Shown: positions 1 through 14,025 of the stretch, piece by piece | Layout: each line of letters opens with the position of its first letter | How positions within the stretch are numbered: the stretch's first letter is position 1 | Source of the DNA: Eledone cirrhosa | Lineage: Eukaryota | DNA length: 64,000 bases | NCBI GenBank assembly: GCA_964016885.1 | Contig: OZ024743.1 | Location: 99,634,001-99,698,000, forward strand | Direction of reading: 5' to 3' | Program-made: the position numbers and the translations under genes | Notes under the pieces: model-generated | Told to the model about the DNA's origin: nothing | What the model saw: the letters and a program-made list of their open reading frames with translations, nothing else | Database searches by the model: none

Positions 1-3000
1 ACCAATAGTGAACACAATGTGTCTACTAGAGGACAACCTATTACCAATAGTGAACACAACGTATCTACTAGAGGACAACCTATTACCAATAGTGAACACA
101 ACCTGTCTATTAGAGGACAACCTATTACCAATAGTGATCACAACGTGTCTACTAGAGGACAACCTATTACCAATAGTGAACACAACGTGTCTACTAGAGG
201 ACAACCTATTACCAATAGTGAACACAACCTGTCTACTAGAGGACAACCTATTACCAATAGTGAACACAACCTGTCTACTAGAGGACAACCTATTACCAAT
301 AGTGAACACAACCTGTCTACTAGAGGACAACCTATTACCAATAGTGAACACAAGTTGTCTACTAGAGGACAACCTATTACCAATAGTGAACACAACGTGT
401 CTACTAGAGGACAACCTATTACCAATAGTGAACACAACGTGTCTACTAGAGGACAACCTATTACCAATAGTGAACACAACCTGTCTACTAGAGGACAACC
501 TATTACCAATAGTGAACACAACCTGTCTACTAGAGGACAACCTATTACCAATAGTGAACACAAGTTGTCTACTAGAGGACAACCTATTACCAATAGTGAA
601 CACAACCTGTCTACTAGAGGACAACCTATTACCAATAGTGAACACAAATTGTCTACTAGAGGACAACCTATTACCAATAGTGAACACAAGTTGTCTACTA
701 GAGGACAACCTATTACCAATCGTGAACACAAGTTGTCTACTAGAGAACAACCTATTACCAATAGTGAACACAACATGTCTACTAGAGGACAACCTATTAC
801 CAATAGTGATCACAACATGTCTACTTGAGGACAACCTATTACCAATAGTGAACACAAGTTGTCTACTAGAGAACAACCTATTACCAATAGTGATCACAAC
901 GTGTCTACTAGAGGACAATCTATTACCAATAGTGATCACAACGTGTCTACAAGAGGGCAACCTATTACCAATAGTGAACACAACGTATCTACTAGAGGAC
1001 AACCTATTACCAATAGTGAACACAACCTGTCTACTAGAGGACAACCTATTACCAATAGTGATCACAACCTGTCTACTAGAGGGACAACCTATTACCAATA
1101 GTGAACACAACGTATCTACTAGAGGGCAACCTATTACCAATAGTGAACACAACCTGTCTATTAGAGGACAACCTATTACCAATAGTGATCACAACGTGTC
1201 TACTAGAGGACAACCTATTACCAATAGTGAACACAACCTGTCTATTAGAGGACAACCTATTACCAATAGTGAACACAATGTGTCTACTAGAGGACAACCT
1301 ATTACCAATAGTGAACACAACGTATCTACTAGAGGACAACCTATTACCAATAGTGAACACAACCTGTCTACTAGAGGACAACCTATTACCAATAGTGAAC
1401 ACAACCTGTCTATTAGAGGACAACCTATTACCAATAGTGATCACAACGTGTCTACTAGAGGACAACCTATTACCAATAGTGAACACAACGTGTCTATTAG
1501 AGGACAACCTATTACCAATAGTGATCACAACGTGTCTACTAGAGGACAACCTATTACCAATAGTGAACACAACGTGTCTACTAGAGGACAACCTATTACC
1601 AATAGTGAACACAACCTGTCTACTAGAGGACAACCTATTACCAATAGTGAACACAACCTGTCTACTAGAGGACAACCTATTACCAATAGTGAACACAACC
1701 TGTCTACTAGAGGACAACCTATTACCAATAGTGAACACAAGTTGTCTACTAGAGGACAACCTATTACCAATAGTGAACACAACGTGTCTACTAGAGGACA
1801 ACCTATTACCAATAGTGAACACAACGTGTCTACTAGAGGACAACCTATTACCAATAGTGAACACAACCTGTCTACTAGAGGACAACCTATTACCAATAGT
1901 GAACACAACCTGTCTACTAGAGGACAACCTATTACCAATAGTGAACACAAGTTGTCTACTAGAGGACAACCTATTACCAATAGTGAACACAACCTGTCTA
2001 CTAGAGGACAACCTATTACCAATAGTGAACACAAATTGTCTACTAGAGGACAACCTATTACCAATAGTGAACACAAGTTGTCTACTAGAGGACAACCTAT
2101 TACCAATCGTGAACACAAGTTGTCTACTAGAGAACAACCTATTACCAATAGTGAACACAACATGTCTACTAGAGGACAACCTATTACCAATAGTGATCAC
2201 AACATGTCTACTTGAGGACAACCTATTACCAATAGTGAACACAAGTTGTCTACTAGAGAACAACCTATTACCAATAGTGATCACAACGTGTCTACTAGAG
2301 GACAATCTATTACCAATAGTGATCACAACGTGTCTACAAGAGGGCAACCTATTACCAATAGTGAACACAACGTATCTACTAGAGGACAACCTATTACCAA
2401 TAGTGAACACAACCTGTCTACTAGAGGACAACCTATTACCAATAGTGATCACAACCTGTCTACTAGAGGGACAACCTATTACCAATAGTGAACACAACGT
2501 ATCTACTAGAGGGCAACCTATTACCAATAGTGAACACAACCTGTCTATTAGAGGACAACCTATTACCAATAGTGATCACAACGTGTCTACTAGAGGACAA
2601 CCTATTACCAATAGTGAACACAACCTGTCTATTAGAGGACAACCTATTACCAATAGTGAACACAATGTGTCTACTAGAGGACAACCTATTACCAATAGTG
2701 AACACAACGTATCTACTAGAGGACAACCTATTACCAATAGTGAACACAACCTGTCTATTAGAGGACAACCTATTACCAATAGTGATCACAAGTTGTCTAC
2801 TAGAGGACAACCTATTACCAATAGTGAACACAACGTGTCTACTAGAGGACAACCTATTACCAATAGTGAACACAACCTGTCTACTAGAGGACAACCTATT
2901 ACCAATAGTGAACACAACCTGTCTACTAGAGGACAACCTATTACCAATAGTGAACACAACCTGTCTACTAGAGGACAACCTATTACCAATAGTGAACACA

Positions 3001-3438
3001 ACCTGTCTACTAGAGGACAACCTATTACCAATAGTGAACACAACCTGTCTACTAGAGGACAACCTATTACCAATAGTGAACACAACCTGTCTACTAGAGG
3101 ACAACCTATTACCAATAGTGAACACAACCTGTCTACTAGAGGACAACCTATTACCAATAGTGAACACAACCTGTCTACTAGAGGACAACCTATTACCAAT
3201 AGTGAACACAACCTGTCTACTAGAGGACAACCTATTACCAATAGTGAACACAACCTGTCTACTAGAGGACAACCTATTACCAATAGTGAACACAACCTTT
3301 CTACTAGAGGAACCTATTACCAACGTGTCTACTAGAGGACAACCTATTACCAATAGTGAACACAACCTGTCTACTAGAGGACAACCTATTACCAATAGTG
3401 AACACAACCTGTCTACTAGAGGACAACCTATTACCAAT
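1..3438. repeat. 42-bp minisatellite (~82 units), truncated by the window start
   Basis: Unit ctactagaggacaacctattaccaatagtgaacacaacctgt. The 14-aa periodic ORFs in several frames are read-through of the repeat. Confidence 0.97.
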
Positions 3439-3700
3439 AAAGAAAACAACCAGTTATCAATAAAACCTAGGGCAAGTATTTCTACTAAATCCTCTGATTC
3501 AACAATGCCTTATCAGTGAAATAATTTGGTAGATGGAATCTTTGCAGAAGTCCAATATGTGTGTCTGTGTCGTGTGTCTCTGTGTGATATGTATGACTAT
3601 TGTGTTGTGTTGTGTGTGTGAATGCATGCGTGTGTATCTGTGTGTGTGTGAGTATGTGTTTCTGTATATCCATGTCTGTGTTTACATTTACTGTTTGTTT

Positions 3701-4084
3701 CATCATCACTGTTTTACTTCTGTTCTTCCACGCTAGCATGGGTTAGACGGGTTGTCCTGTTGTGGGCAGTGTCTGCTCAGCTGACCTTGTCTTGCTCATA
3801 CAGGAACAGATTCTGGCTTGATTTCTACAGCTGGATGCCCTTCCTAACACCAACCTCATTTACAGTGAGTGTTGGGTGCTTTTTTGCCGTGGTGCCACCA
3901 CAACTACTTTGCAGTGGAATGATATGGACCCCAGTCCCTATCATCTCATTTCTACAGCTGAGTAAACTGGAGCAATGTGAAATAAAGTGTCTTGCTCAAG
4001 GAAACAACACATCACCCGGTCTGAGAATTTAACTCACAACCTTTCGATTGCAAGGCCAATGCTCTAATCACTAAGCCATGTGCC
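3701..4084 (-). mobile_element. tRNA-derived CORE-like SINE (family A) with RTE-like tail, full length
   Basis: Minus strand reads ggcacatggcttagtgattagagc (A box), gttaaattc (B box), ccttgagcaagacacttt (CORE-like), then a tail shared with the RTE 3' UTR ending in (GAT)n. Confidence 0.85.
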
Positions 4085-4596
4085 TATATCTTGAAATACA
4101 ATATGTACTAGACTTGGATAAAAATAAGTATTGGTTATTTGTATTGACATTCCCAAATTTCTAATGAGACCCTTGCAAACAGTGGGTCCTGTGAGAGGCA
4201 ACCATTTCCAAGTGATCTGGTTGGATCCCCAAGTGAGACCAGTCGAGTTCATGAGGTTAATATGATAGGCTAAAACCTTTAAAGGAAGTGTTTCATTATA
4301 TCCTCTAGCCAATGACTGGAATCAGAAAATGAATAAAGGAAATAGAATACCACATCTGGTGGTTTAACAGAATTCTTAGAGTATCAGACAAGATGCCTTG
4401 CAATATTTGTTCCAGATCTTTTGTTCTGAATTCAAATCCAACTGTAGCCTACTTGGGTGATAGACTTAATCCATTGCCCTATTCCCTATTCAACACCATC
4501 TGGGCATTGGGTACCTTTAGCAGAGTCCACTCTGTCACATCAATCAGGCTTAGTCTCCCATTTAAGGAAACCTTCTTCCCCCTTAACAGTACTGTA

Positions 4597-5403
4597 GGGT
4601 CATCAGCACAGTCCAGTATTAGAGGGTCATCAGTACTGTCCTTTACTGGAGGGTCCTGAGTACTGTCCTTTACTGGAGGGTCCTGAGTACTGTCCTTTAC
4701 TGGAGGGTCATGAGTACTGTCCCTTACTGGAGGGTCATGAGTACTGTCCCTTACAGGAGGGTCATCAGTACTGTCCTTTACAGGAGGGTCATCAGTACTG
4801 TCCTTTACAGGAGGGTCATTAGCACTGTCCTTTACTGGAGGGTCATGAGTACTGTCCCTTACAGGAGGGTCATCAGTACTGTCCTTTACAGGAGGGTCAT
4901 CAGTACTGTCCTTTACAGGAGGGTCATCAGTACTGTCCTTTACAGGAGGGTCATCAGTACTGTCCTTTACTGGAGGGTCATCAGTACTGTCCTTTATTGG
5001 AGGGTCATGAGTACTGTCCCTTACAGGAGGGTCATCAGTACTGTCCTTTACAGGAGGGTCATCAGTACTGTCCTTTACAGGAGGGTCATCAGTACTGTCC
5101 TTTACTGGAGGGTCATCAGTACTGTCCCTTACAGGAGGGTCATCAGTACTGTCCTTTACAGGAGGGTCATCATGTACTGTCCTTTACAGGAGGGTCATTA
5201 GCACTGTCCTTTACTGGAGGGTCATGAGTACTGTCCCTTACAGGAGGGTCATTAGTACTGTCCCTTACATGAGGGTCTTGAGCACTGTCCCTTACAGGAG
5301 AGTCATGAGCACTGTCCCTTACAGGAGAGTCATTAGTACTGTCCTTTACAGGAGGGTCACGAGCACTGTCCAGTACTGGAGGGTCATTAGCAATGTCCTT
5401 TAC
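4597..5403. repeat. 27-bp minisatellite (~29 units)
   Basis: Unit gtactgtcctttacaggagggtcatca; 9-aa periodic ORFs. Confidence 0.95.
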
Positions 5404-5575
5404 TCTCTAATTAAACAGGTGACCCCTTTTGAACGCATCTCTCTCTTTATAATACAAAGTTGTTTATTTCAAAATGTTTATATTTATTTTTAAATGTTCC
5501 ATCATAATTTGATGTAAGAACCTTTGTTAAGTTATATCCCAAACACCAACTTAACAACATAGAAGTTAGTTATAC

Positions 5576-7684
5576 TGTAGCGGTTGTCTCCCTTGTTTTG
5601 ATTGGGATCTAGACGGGAAGTGGAACCCTTTCTGCAACTTCCGGTCAGAGCCCTAAAACTAACAACGTTAAGCTTCCTTCCTCTCTCTTTGCCTTTTCGG
5701 CACCAGGTCAAGAGTCTTCTCATTTGGCTCTGCCATTAATATGGCCAACAGGCGCCTGGCTAAGGCCAGGCGCCCTCTGCCAGCCGCGTTTGCCTGGCAA
5801 TCAAAACGGTAACTACTAACTTTGTTTCATTCTAACATCTATCTTTGACATGTCAAGTATTCTATTTACCGTTAATTAAATATTATATACACAAACATTG
5901 TCTCGTTTTGTTACATTCATAAAACCCAGTAATCCTGCTATATTGGTAACCCTGACGTGATACGAACACGCAGCCGTTCATCGCTATAAGTGGTCACCCC
6001 CAAAAAAAGAAAAAAATAGCACATCTGGTTTTGTGAGTAACATTACGAATACACAGCAAATTTAGCGACAAACTATGAAAATACTCAAGGACACGCACAC
6101 ACGCACATGTGGAATTCGCACAGACATACTTTTTCTCTCACGCATCAATTAACTGTCGCATTTCACCAATATATATATATATATGTTTCTCGTTTCTTAC
6201 AACGAACTCTTTCAAAACACAAAAAAAAACATTTCACGATATATATATATGTTTCTCGTTTCTTACAACGAACTCTTTCAAAACACACACAAAAAAAAAA
6301 AAAGGGAAATTTGATATTCTTTAAAAAACATTTCAACAGGAACATTTATTTTCGATGAACCATTGCCTTTTGTTCTTCGTTTTCTTCATCGTTCAAGTTT
6401 TTTTTTTTTTTTTTTTTTTTTTTCCAAAAGTTCACACCTATAATTATGCTGATTGAAGCCTTTCTTTTTCATCATTGTCACTTTCAAAATTGCACTATCA
6501 TTTTCTCGCGCGTTAGAAATATTTTTTTTCAACCTTGTATTGGCACGTGTAGGCAGCATAAATTCTCGATTCACTGAGATGTCTCTTACTCACAGACAGC
6601 CGCACGCCATTTCTCCCCCAAGGATTCTTCAGCCTTAAGCTATATTCTTCTATTTGCCGGTTTATAAATTTACAATGTAAATTTACCGTTGATAACCGCG
6701 CATTTATTAAGAATGCTTATTTCTCTGGTCGCTGGCCTCTTGACCCTTCCAGGTCAACGCATTCTCAACATCGACCATCAACTTCGGCTGCTATTTCTAG
6801 CACTTTGCGCAACTCATTTTTTTCTAAAAAAAAATTTTTTTACTGTGAATTTAAACACCGAATACGCTCACTCAGCGAGACAACAGCAGCAGCAACAGCA
6901 ATACATCAATACAGCTTCACCAAAGCCAGAGAATTTATTTTTGCGGCACTCTTCCTGTGAGAAAATCCATTCGGAGGTTGGAAATTTCACGATATACCAC
7001 AGAACAGAAACCACCTGCATTCATTCTCTGGAACACACTTTCTTTCCAGCTGTCATGTGATTGCACACCTGTGAACTATATTTTGAACTTTGAGCTCTTC
7101 TATTACTTTTACTTTATTACATTGTATCTTTGGGTGATGGATAGATGGATGTCCAGTCGTTCTCTGGCCAAGAGCGGTTGGCTACCTTGATATCTATCAT
7201 TGATTTTTCCAAACATTCTTTTGTCGTAATTTTCATGCCTGTTACAACATTCTCGCCAACTTGCTACATATTTTCATTTCGATTTTTATACACTAAAATT
7301 CTGGCGGGAGGTTATGTAGCGGTTGTCTCCCTTGTTTTGATTGGGATCTAGACGGGAAGTGGAACCCTTTCTGCAACTTCCGGTCAGAGCCCTATAAAAC
7401 TAACAACGTTAAGCTTCCTTCCTCTCTCTTTGCCTTTTCGGCACCAGGTCAAGAGTCTTCTCATTTGGCTCTGCCATTAATATGGCCAACAGGCGCCTGG
7501 CTAAGGCCAGGCGCCCTCTGCCAGCCGCGTTTGCCTGGCAATCAAAACGGTAACTACTAACTTTGTTTCATTCTAACATCTATCTTTGACATGTCAAGTA
7601 TTCTATCTACCGTTAATTAAATATTATATACACAAACATTGTCTCGTTTTGTTACATTCATGCAACCTCAGTAATTCCGCTATA
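5576..7684 (+). mobile_element. Non-autonomous LTR retrotransposon (Gypsy-type cis signals, LARD/TRIM-like)
   Basis: LTRs 5576-5942 and 7315-7684 start tgtagcgg and end ...gctata. TSD atac at 5572-5575 and 7685-7688. PBS 5944-5961 and purine-rich tract ctggcgggagg before LTR2. No gag/pol ORF inside. Confidence 0.88.
5944..5961 (+). promoter_or_regulatory. Primer-binding site complementary to the tRNA-Trp 3' end
   Basis: tggtaaccctgacgtgat matches TGGTGACCCCGACGTGAT at 16 of 18 positions, 1 nt after LTR1. Confidence 0.8.
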
Positions 7685-7764
7685 ATACTATTAAGCCACT
7701 CTAACTTCTTGATTATTTTCCAAATGATTTTAAATTTAGAGGCCATGTTTTTTATTAGTAATAC

Positions 7765-9346
7765 GGGTGATTCCCTCAGTTGTAGCCAGGCAGGAACCCT
7801 AATTTGAAGGGTGATTCCCTCAGTTGTAGCCAGGCAGGAACCCTAATTTGAAGGGTGATTCCCTCAGTTGTAGCCAGGCAGGAACCTTAATTTGAAGGGT
7901 GATTCCCACAGTTGTAGCCAGGCAGGAACCCTAATTTGAAAGGTGATTCCCTCAGTTGTAGCCAGGCAGGAACCCTAATTTGAAGTGCGATTCCCTCAGT
8001 TGTAACCAGGCAGGAACCCTAATTTGAAGGGTGATTCCCTCAGTTGTAGCCAGGCAGGAACCCTAATTTGAAGGGTGATTCCCTCAGTTGTAGCCAGGCA
8101 GGAACCCTAATTTGAAGGGTGATTCCCTCAGTTGTAGCCAGGTAGGAACCCTAATTTGGAGGGTGATTCCCTCAGTTGTAACCAGACAGGAACCCTAATT
8201 TGAAGGGTGATTTCCTCAGTTGCAGCCAGACAGGAACCCTAATTTGAAGGGTGATTCCCTCAATTGCAGCCAGGCAGGAACCTTAATTTGGAGGGTGATT
8301 CCCTCAGTTGTAACCAGGCAGGAACCCTAATTTGAAGGGTGATTCCCTCAGTTGTAACCAGGCAGGAACCCTAATTTGGAGGGTGATTCTCTCAGTTGCA
8401 GCCAGGCAGGAACCCTAATTTGGAGGGTGATTCCCTCAGTTGCAGCCAGGCAGGAACCCCAATTTGGAGGGTGATTCCCTCAGTTGCAGCCAGGAAGGAA
8501 CCCTAATTTGGAGGCTGATTCCCTCAGTTGCAGCCAGGCAGGAACCCTAATTTGACGGGTGATCCCCTCAGTTGTAACCAGGCAGGAACTCTAATTTGGA
8601 GGGTGATTCCCTCAGTTGTAACCAGGCAGGAACCCTAATTTTAAGGGTGTTCCCTCAGTTGTAGCCAGGCACGAACCCTAATTTGAAAGGTGATTCCCCC
8701 AGTTGCAGCCAGGCAGGAACCCTAATTTGAAGGGTGATTCCCTCAGTTGTAGCCAGGTAGGAACCCTAATTTGGAGGGTCATTCCCTCAGTTGTAACCAG
8801 ACAGGAACCCTAATTTGAAGGGTGATTCCCTCAGTTGCAGCCAGACAGGAACCCTAATTTGAAGGGTGATTCCCTCAATTGCAGCCAGGCAGGAACCCTA
8901 ATTTGGAGGGTGATTTCCTCAGTTGCAGCCAGGCAGGAACCCTAATTTGGAGGGTGATTCCCTCAGTTGCAGCCAGGCAGGAACCCTAATTTGGAGGGTG
9001 ATTCCCTCAGTTGTAACCAGGCAGGAACCCTAATTTGAAGGGTGATTCCCTCAGTTGTAACCAGGCAGGAACCCTAATTTTAAGGGTGTTCCCTCAGTTG
9101 TAGCCAGGCACGAACCCTAATTTGAAAGGTGATTCCCCCAGTTGCAGCCAGGCAGGAACCCTAATTTGGAGGGTGATTCCCTCAGTTGCAGCCAGGCAGG
9201 AACCCTAATTTGAAGGGTGATCCCCTCAGTTGTAACCAGGCAGGAACCCTAATTTGAAGGGTGATTCCCTCAGTTGCAACCAGGCAGGAACCCTAATTTG
9301 GAGGGTGATTCCCTCAGTTGCAGCCAGGCAGGAACCCTAATTTGGA
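7765..9346. repeat. 44-bp minisatellite (~36 units)
   Basis: Unit gggtgattccctcagttgtagccaggcaggaaccctaatttgaa. Confidence 0.97.
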
Positions 9347-9564
9347 ATAATTCTAAGGCAGAGTTTTGGAATAAGGATATGATTGGAAATGAAAATGAAG
9401 GGGTTAGAAGTTCCATACAACACTCCCCCCTCACAACAAGCCTACTTGAAGGACTGACTTCAAATGTTGCTTTGAAGGACTTTGTTAGGCTGAAATAATT
9501 TTACCAAAATTAACAACAAAAAGATCAAAACTTTAGCGGTACAGTTACTACCCAGTGTATGAAT

Positions 9565-10150
9565 ATATACCATGTATAGGTATATACCATGTATAGATTT
9601 ATACCATGTATAGGTATATACCATGTATAGATATATACCATGTATAGATATATAACATGTATAGATATATAACATGTATAGGTATATAACATGTATAGGT
9701 ATATAACATGTATAGGTATATAACATGTATAGGTATATACCATGTATAGGTATATACCATGTATAGATATATACCATGTTTAGATATATTACATGTATAG
9801 ATATATAACATGTATAGATATATAACATGTATAGGTATATAACATGTATAGGTATATAACATGTATAGGTATATAACATGTATAGGTATATACCATGTAT
9901 AGGTATATACCATGTATAGATATATACCATGTTTAGATATATTACATGTATAGATATATAACATGTATAGGTATATAACATGTATAGATATATACCATGT
10001 ATAGGTATATTACATGTATAGATATATTACATGTATACGTATATACCATGTATAGATATATACCATGTATAGATATATACCATGTATAGATATATTACAT
10101 GTATAGATATATTACATGTATACGTATATACCATGTATAGATATATTGCA
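9565..10150. repeat. 17-bp minisatellite
   Basis: Unit catgtataggtatatac; 17-aa periodic ORFs (3 units). Confidence 0.93.
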
Positions 10151-10804
10151 TGTATCTATGTATTTAACATATTTATGTATTCCATTTATCTTTGTATTCA
10201 ATGTAACTATGTATACAATATATCTATATATACCATGTATCTGTTTATTCAATAAATCTATATATTATAATCATGTATTATATCTAAGTATATATAAATA
10301 TTTTACATGAATGTAACTAACAAAACAATGTATCTGTGTATTTTATACACAACTGCATTAGTTATTGTTGACTTACAATATTCTGTTTTTCTCTGCAAAT
10401 ACAAATATATTGCAAGCACTATTTACTTATGACTCTCCTTAGGCTCTGCATACTTAAATGGAACTGTTTGCTTCTGATTTATATATGCTCTTCCACAGAA
10501 GGGTTCAATGGCTTTAAAGTGACTGCTATGGACATTTTAACATGATCAACTCAGTTGAGGCAAGTAAAATAATGTATCTAACTGGGTGAGTTAACACAGT
10601 ATGGGTGAGTTAACACAGCACCAATTGGCTGGATGAGTACAATACACATTAATTACTTCACTATCCAGACTCATATTCGTTCATACAGACATATCTATAC
10701 AGGGAAAAGTGGACGTAAAATGATGCTGATGATAATGATGATATAACCCATGCTAGCGTAGAAGATGGACGTTAAACGATGACGATGATGATGATGATAT
10801 ATAT

Positions 10805-11316
10805 CATCATCATCACCGTTTTATGTCCGTTCTTCCATGCTAGCATGGGTTAGACGGGTTGTCCTGTTGTGGGCAGTGTCTGGTCGGCTGACCATGTCTT
10901 GCTCATACGGGAACTGATTCTGGCTTGATTTCTACAGCTGGATGCCCTTCCTAACACCAACCTCATTTACAGTGAGTGCTGGGTGCTTCTCAGACCAGGT
11001 GATGTGTTGTTTCCTTGAGCAAGACACTTTATTTCACATTGCTCCAGTTTACTTAGCTGTAGAAATGAGATGATAGGACTGGGGTCCCTATCATTCCACT
11101 GCAAAGTGGTCGTGGAGGTGCCACGGCAAAAAAGCACCCAGCCCATACTGTAAAGTGGACGTGTAGGCGTTACGGCAAAAAAGCACCCAGCCCACACTGT
11201 AAATGAGGTTGGTGTTAGGAAGGGCATCCCGCTGTAGAAATCAAGCCAGAATCAGTTTCCGTCCCACCCTTGCAAGCAGGAAAAAGCGGACATAAAATGA
11301 TGATGATGATGATGAT
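10805..11316. mobile_element. Two SINE A fragments fused back to back (minus 10805-10988, plus 10989-11316)
   Basis: The tail cacactgtaaatgaggttggtgttaggaagggcatcc is present in both orientations; both ends carry (GAT)n tails. Confidence 0.8.
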
Positions 11317-11591
11317 ATATATATATACATGTAGACATTTATATATTATGTCCACACACACACATTAATATATGGTGGCTGAATACTCAGAATTGCCTTG
11401 GTTCAAAAGTGACCATGCATAATGATATGGAATTTGATGGTACAACAATGTTGTTCATGCTGGCACAGGTTGAAAAAGATGGTAAGCTTTGTATCTGTTG
11501 GCTGTTGTGCGAGAGGAGGGGGGAATTAAAAGGGATTTGATGGTAGTAGAGTTGCAGGGGAGTGAGAGGGATAATAGAAAGAAAAGAGAAA

Positions 11592-11623
<32 letters not shown>

Positions 11624-12309
11624 GCACATGTGGCAGTTTTGTTTTGCTTTGACACCACCTGGGCCATCAGTGACTTTGTTTATTTTCCACACAGGTAATA
11701 TACCCTGCAGCTCAGTGGTTTGCCATGCAAGGATCAGTAACTTAGAAACAAGCAATGGATGGCGCCAGGAATGGCATGCAACCATAGATTACTGCCATAG
11801 AAATGTCTTGTCCAACTCATGTCAGCATGGAAATGTGAATGTAGAAATATATGATAATATATATAATCGATATATACATAGTTGGTACATATGTAGTTGA
11901 CTGCGTGGATATAAATAGATCCTAAAGTTTATTATGGACAGAAATGTCACCCATATTTGTAAGTTAGCAGGACAGCAAATTGCAATGATTATCTGATAAT
12001 CTCTGTAAATCCAAACAAATATTAGATGTTAATTAACATTGACATTACATATAAAGCCAGTTAAAGAGACGGGGGTTAAATTCATGACCTTGCATAATAG
12101 ACAATCAAAAGTACTTACAACATAACATAAATATGGATACACACCGACTTACAATTGGGTTTTATTCCAACCAGGCGTAAGTCGATATAGATGTAACTTA
12201 ATAACCTACATGTAGGGCCTGGGTGATCTATTACTCCTATGTATTGCATTACACAATACATTATATTTTACCTTTTTTATATACTAGAATTTTTTTCCAT
12301 ATTGTGACG

Positions 12310-12560
12310 CGTATGTGTATATGTGCATGTGTGTGTGTATTTATATGCATGTGTATATGTGCATGCGTGTGTGTATTTATATGTATGTGTATATGCGTAT
12401 GCGTGTGTGTATTTATATGTATGTGTATATGTGCATGTGTGTGTGTATTCATATGTATGTGTATATGTGCATGTGTGTGTGTATTTATATGTATGTGTAT
12501 ATGTGCATACGTGTGTGTATATGTGCATGCGTGTGTGTATTTATATGTATGTGTATATAA
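12310..12560. repeat. Compound (TA/TG)n repeat
   Basis: Recurrent gtgtgtgtatttatatgtatgtgtatatgtgcat. Confidence 0.85.
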
Positions 12561-13217
12561 ATATAAACGTGCAAAGTCAGACACACTCACAGGCACACAT
12601 TCACACAAATACATACATACACAGGGTAGTTTATTCCTCTTTTTACACACACATAGATTCATGCAGGCAGCAGACGTAAAGAGAGAGGATGAGTAAGAGG
12701 TAGTCAAACTACTCCTCTCTCTTTACATGTTGTGACAGAATCACAGAAATTTATATATAGATTATTAATTGTATTTCCACAAACAGGGTTTATTTCTTAT
12801 TTATGTATGAATGCTTGGTTGTAAGAATATTTGAATTTAACTGCTGAAGTATAACAGATGCTAAGAGAAAATACATGGAAATATAATTAGTCATAACTGC
12901 ACGAAGTCCTAAGTTGCATAGGTTTATTTCAAGGAACGTCTGTACTTGACAAAGGTAAATGTAAGCTAATGATGAGGCCTATACATAATCTTTTGACTTG
13001 ATAGAAATACAGGGGACGGTGGAAACATTTCTGAATTGTAGGAAAGGGGGGGGGTAAATTTGGTCAATTTAGTTGTAGTGATTAGTTTAGCTGTTATTAT
13101 CAAATATCAACCAAGATATAAAGTACTTCGATATGTGATAAACATAACATGTACATAAACTGTAGCGTATATACAAATAGTTGTGTTTTGGTAGTTTGGG
13201 GATAAAAATATAATTAT

Positions 13218-14024
13218 TGGTGGAGGGACCCATGGATAACTTCCAGAGGTCCCTGGCCTGGCAGTGCTGCCGAGGGGCTCTGCTCATTCGAGAAAGGCTC
13301 TACAGACACGGGCGCCCGGGTAGGGACCCCTCGAAAAAGATCTCTCCCAGATGCATGTGCAACGAGGAAACCGTTGCACACGCATTTGTACACTGCTCGG
13401 GCATTGCCGATCTGTGGGGCTATGTCGAACGACTGCTGTCACGGGTGGGACCGATCCGGTTGACCACCGAGTCTATTGTAATGATCAAGCCGCCTCCCCT
13501 CTTCAAAAACAAAGGAGAGGCGGTGTTTCTGTGCGTAATAGCCATGGCGAAAGAGGTTGCATGGTGGACGCATCTGAAAGGACTGAGGTCAGACACCTTT
13601 CTCTCTGGCCAACAACTGGTCTGTTTCTTCCGATATCATTTCGGAAGAAGGATCAGGATGGAGAGAGAGGTGCTGCACCCCAGCCGTTTTTATGAAAGAT
13701 GGGTGAAAGTGGCGAGAATGGCCCGTGTGAATGGGCCTTCACTCTACATCAGACTATAGGTGAGGAAGATGAAAGATCAAGGGAGCACCCCTCTCTGTGC
13801 TCCTGAGGAGAAGAGTTGCACACTTTTTTTCGGGGGTGTGTGCGACCACCCAAGGCGCCTCCTCCCTATTGAGGATTTTGTTATAAAATTTATTTTGTTA
13901 TGTTGTATTTTATTTTTATATCTTGTTATTGCCTCCTCCTTATTGAGGACACCTTGTTATGTAAACTCCCCCCCCATTGCACTTGTCCCACTTTTTGATG
14001 CCCTGGTGGCAAATAAAAAGAAAA
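13218..14024 (+). mobile_element. L1/Tx1-clade LINE 3' end (zf-RVT-like C-terminus of ORF2, 3' UTR, A-rich end)
   Basis: ORF 13217-13759 contains WQCCRGALLIRERL and PRCMCNEETVAHAFVHC...LW, typical of the L1/Tx1 zinc-binding C-terminus. aataaa and an A-rich tail at 14012-14024. Confidence 0.8.
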
Positions 14025-14025
14025 T

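Noticed and set aside
8-3519. Long ORFs of 14-aa repeats (EDNLLPIVNTTCLL / RGQPITNSEHNLST)
   Set aside because: Open in several frames on both strands and switch frame at 1-nt indels: satellite read-through.
4597-5403. CUGAUGA in many minus-strand 27-bp units, suggesting a tandem ribozyme array
   Set aside because: No GAAA/UH half or stem III in the unit.
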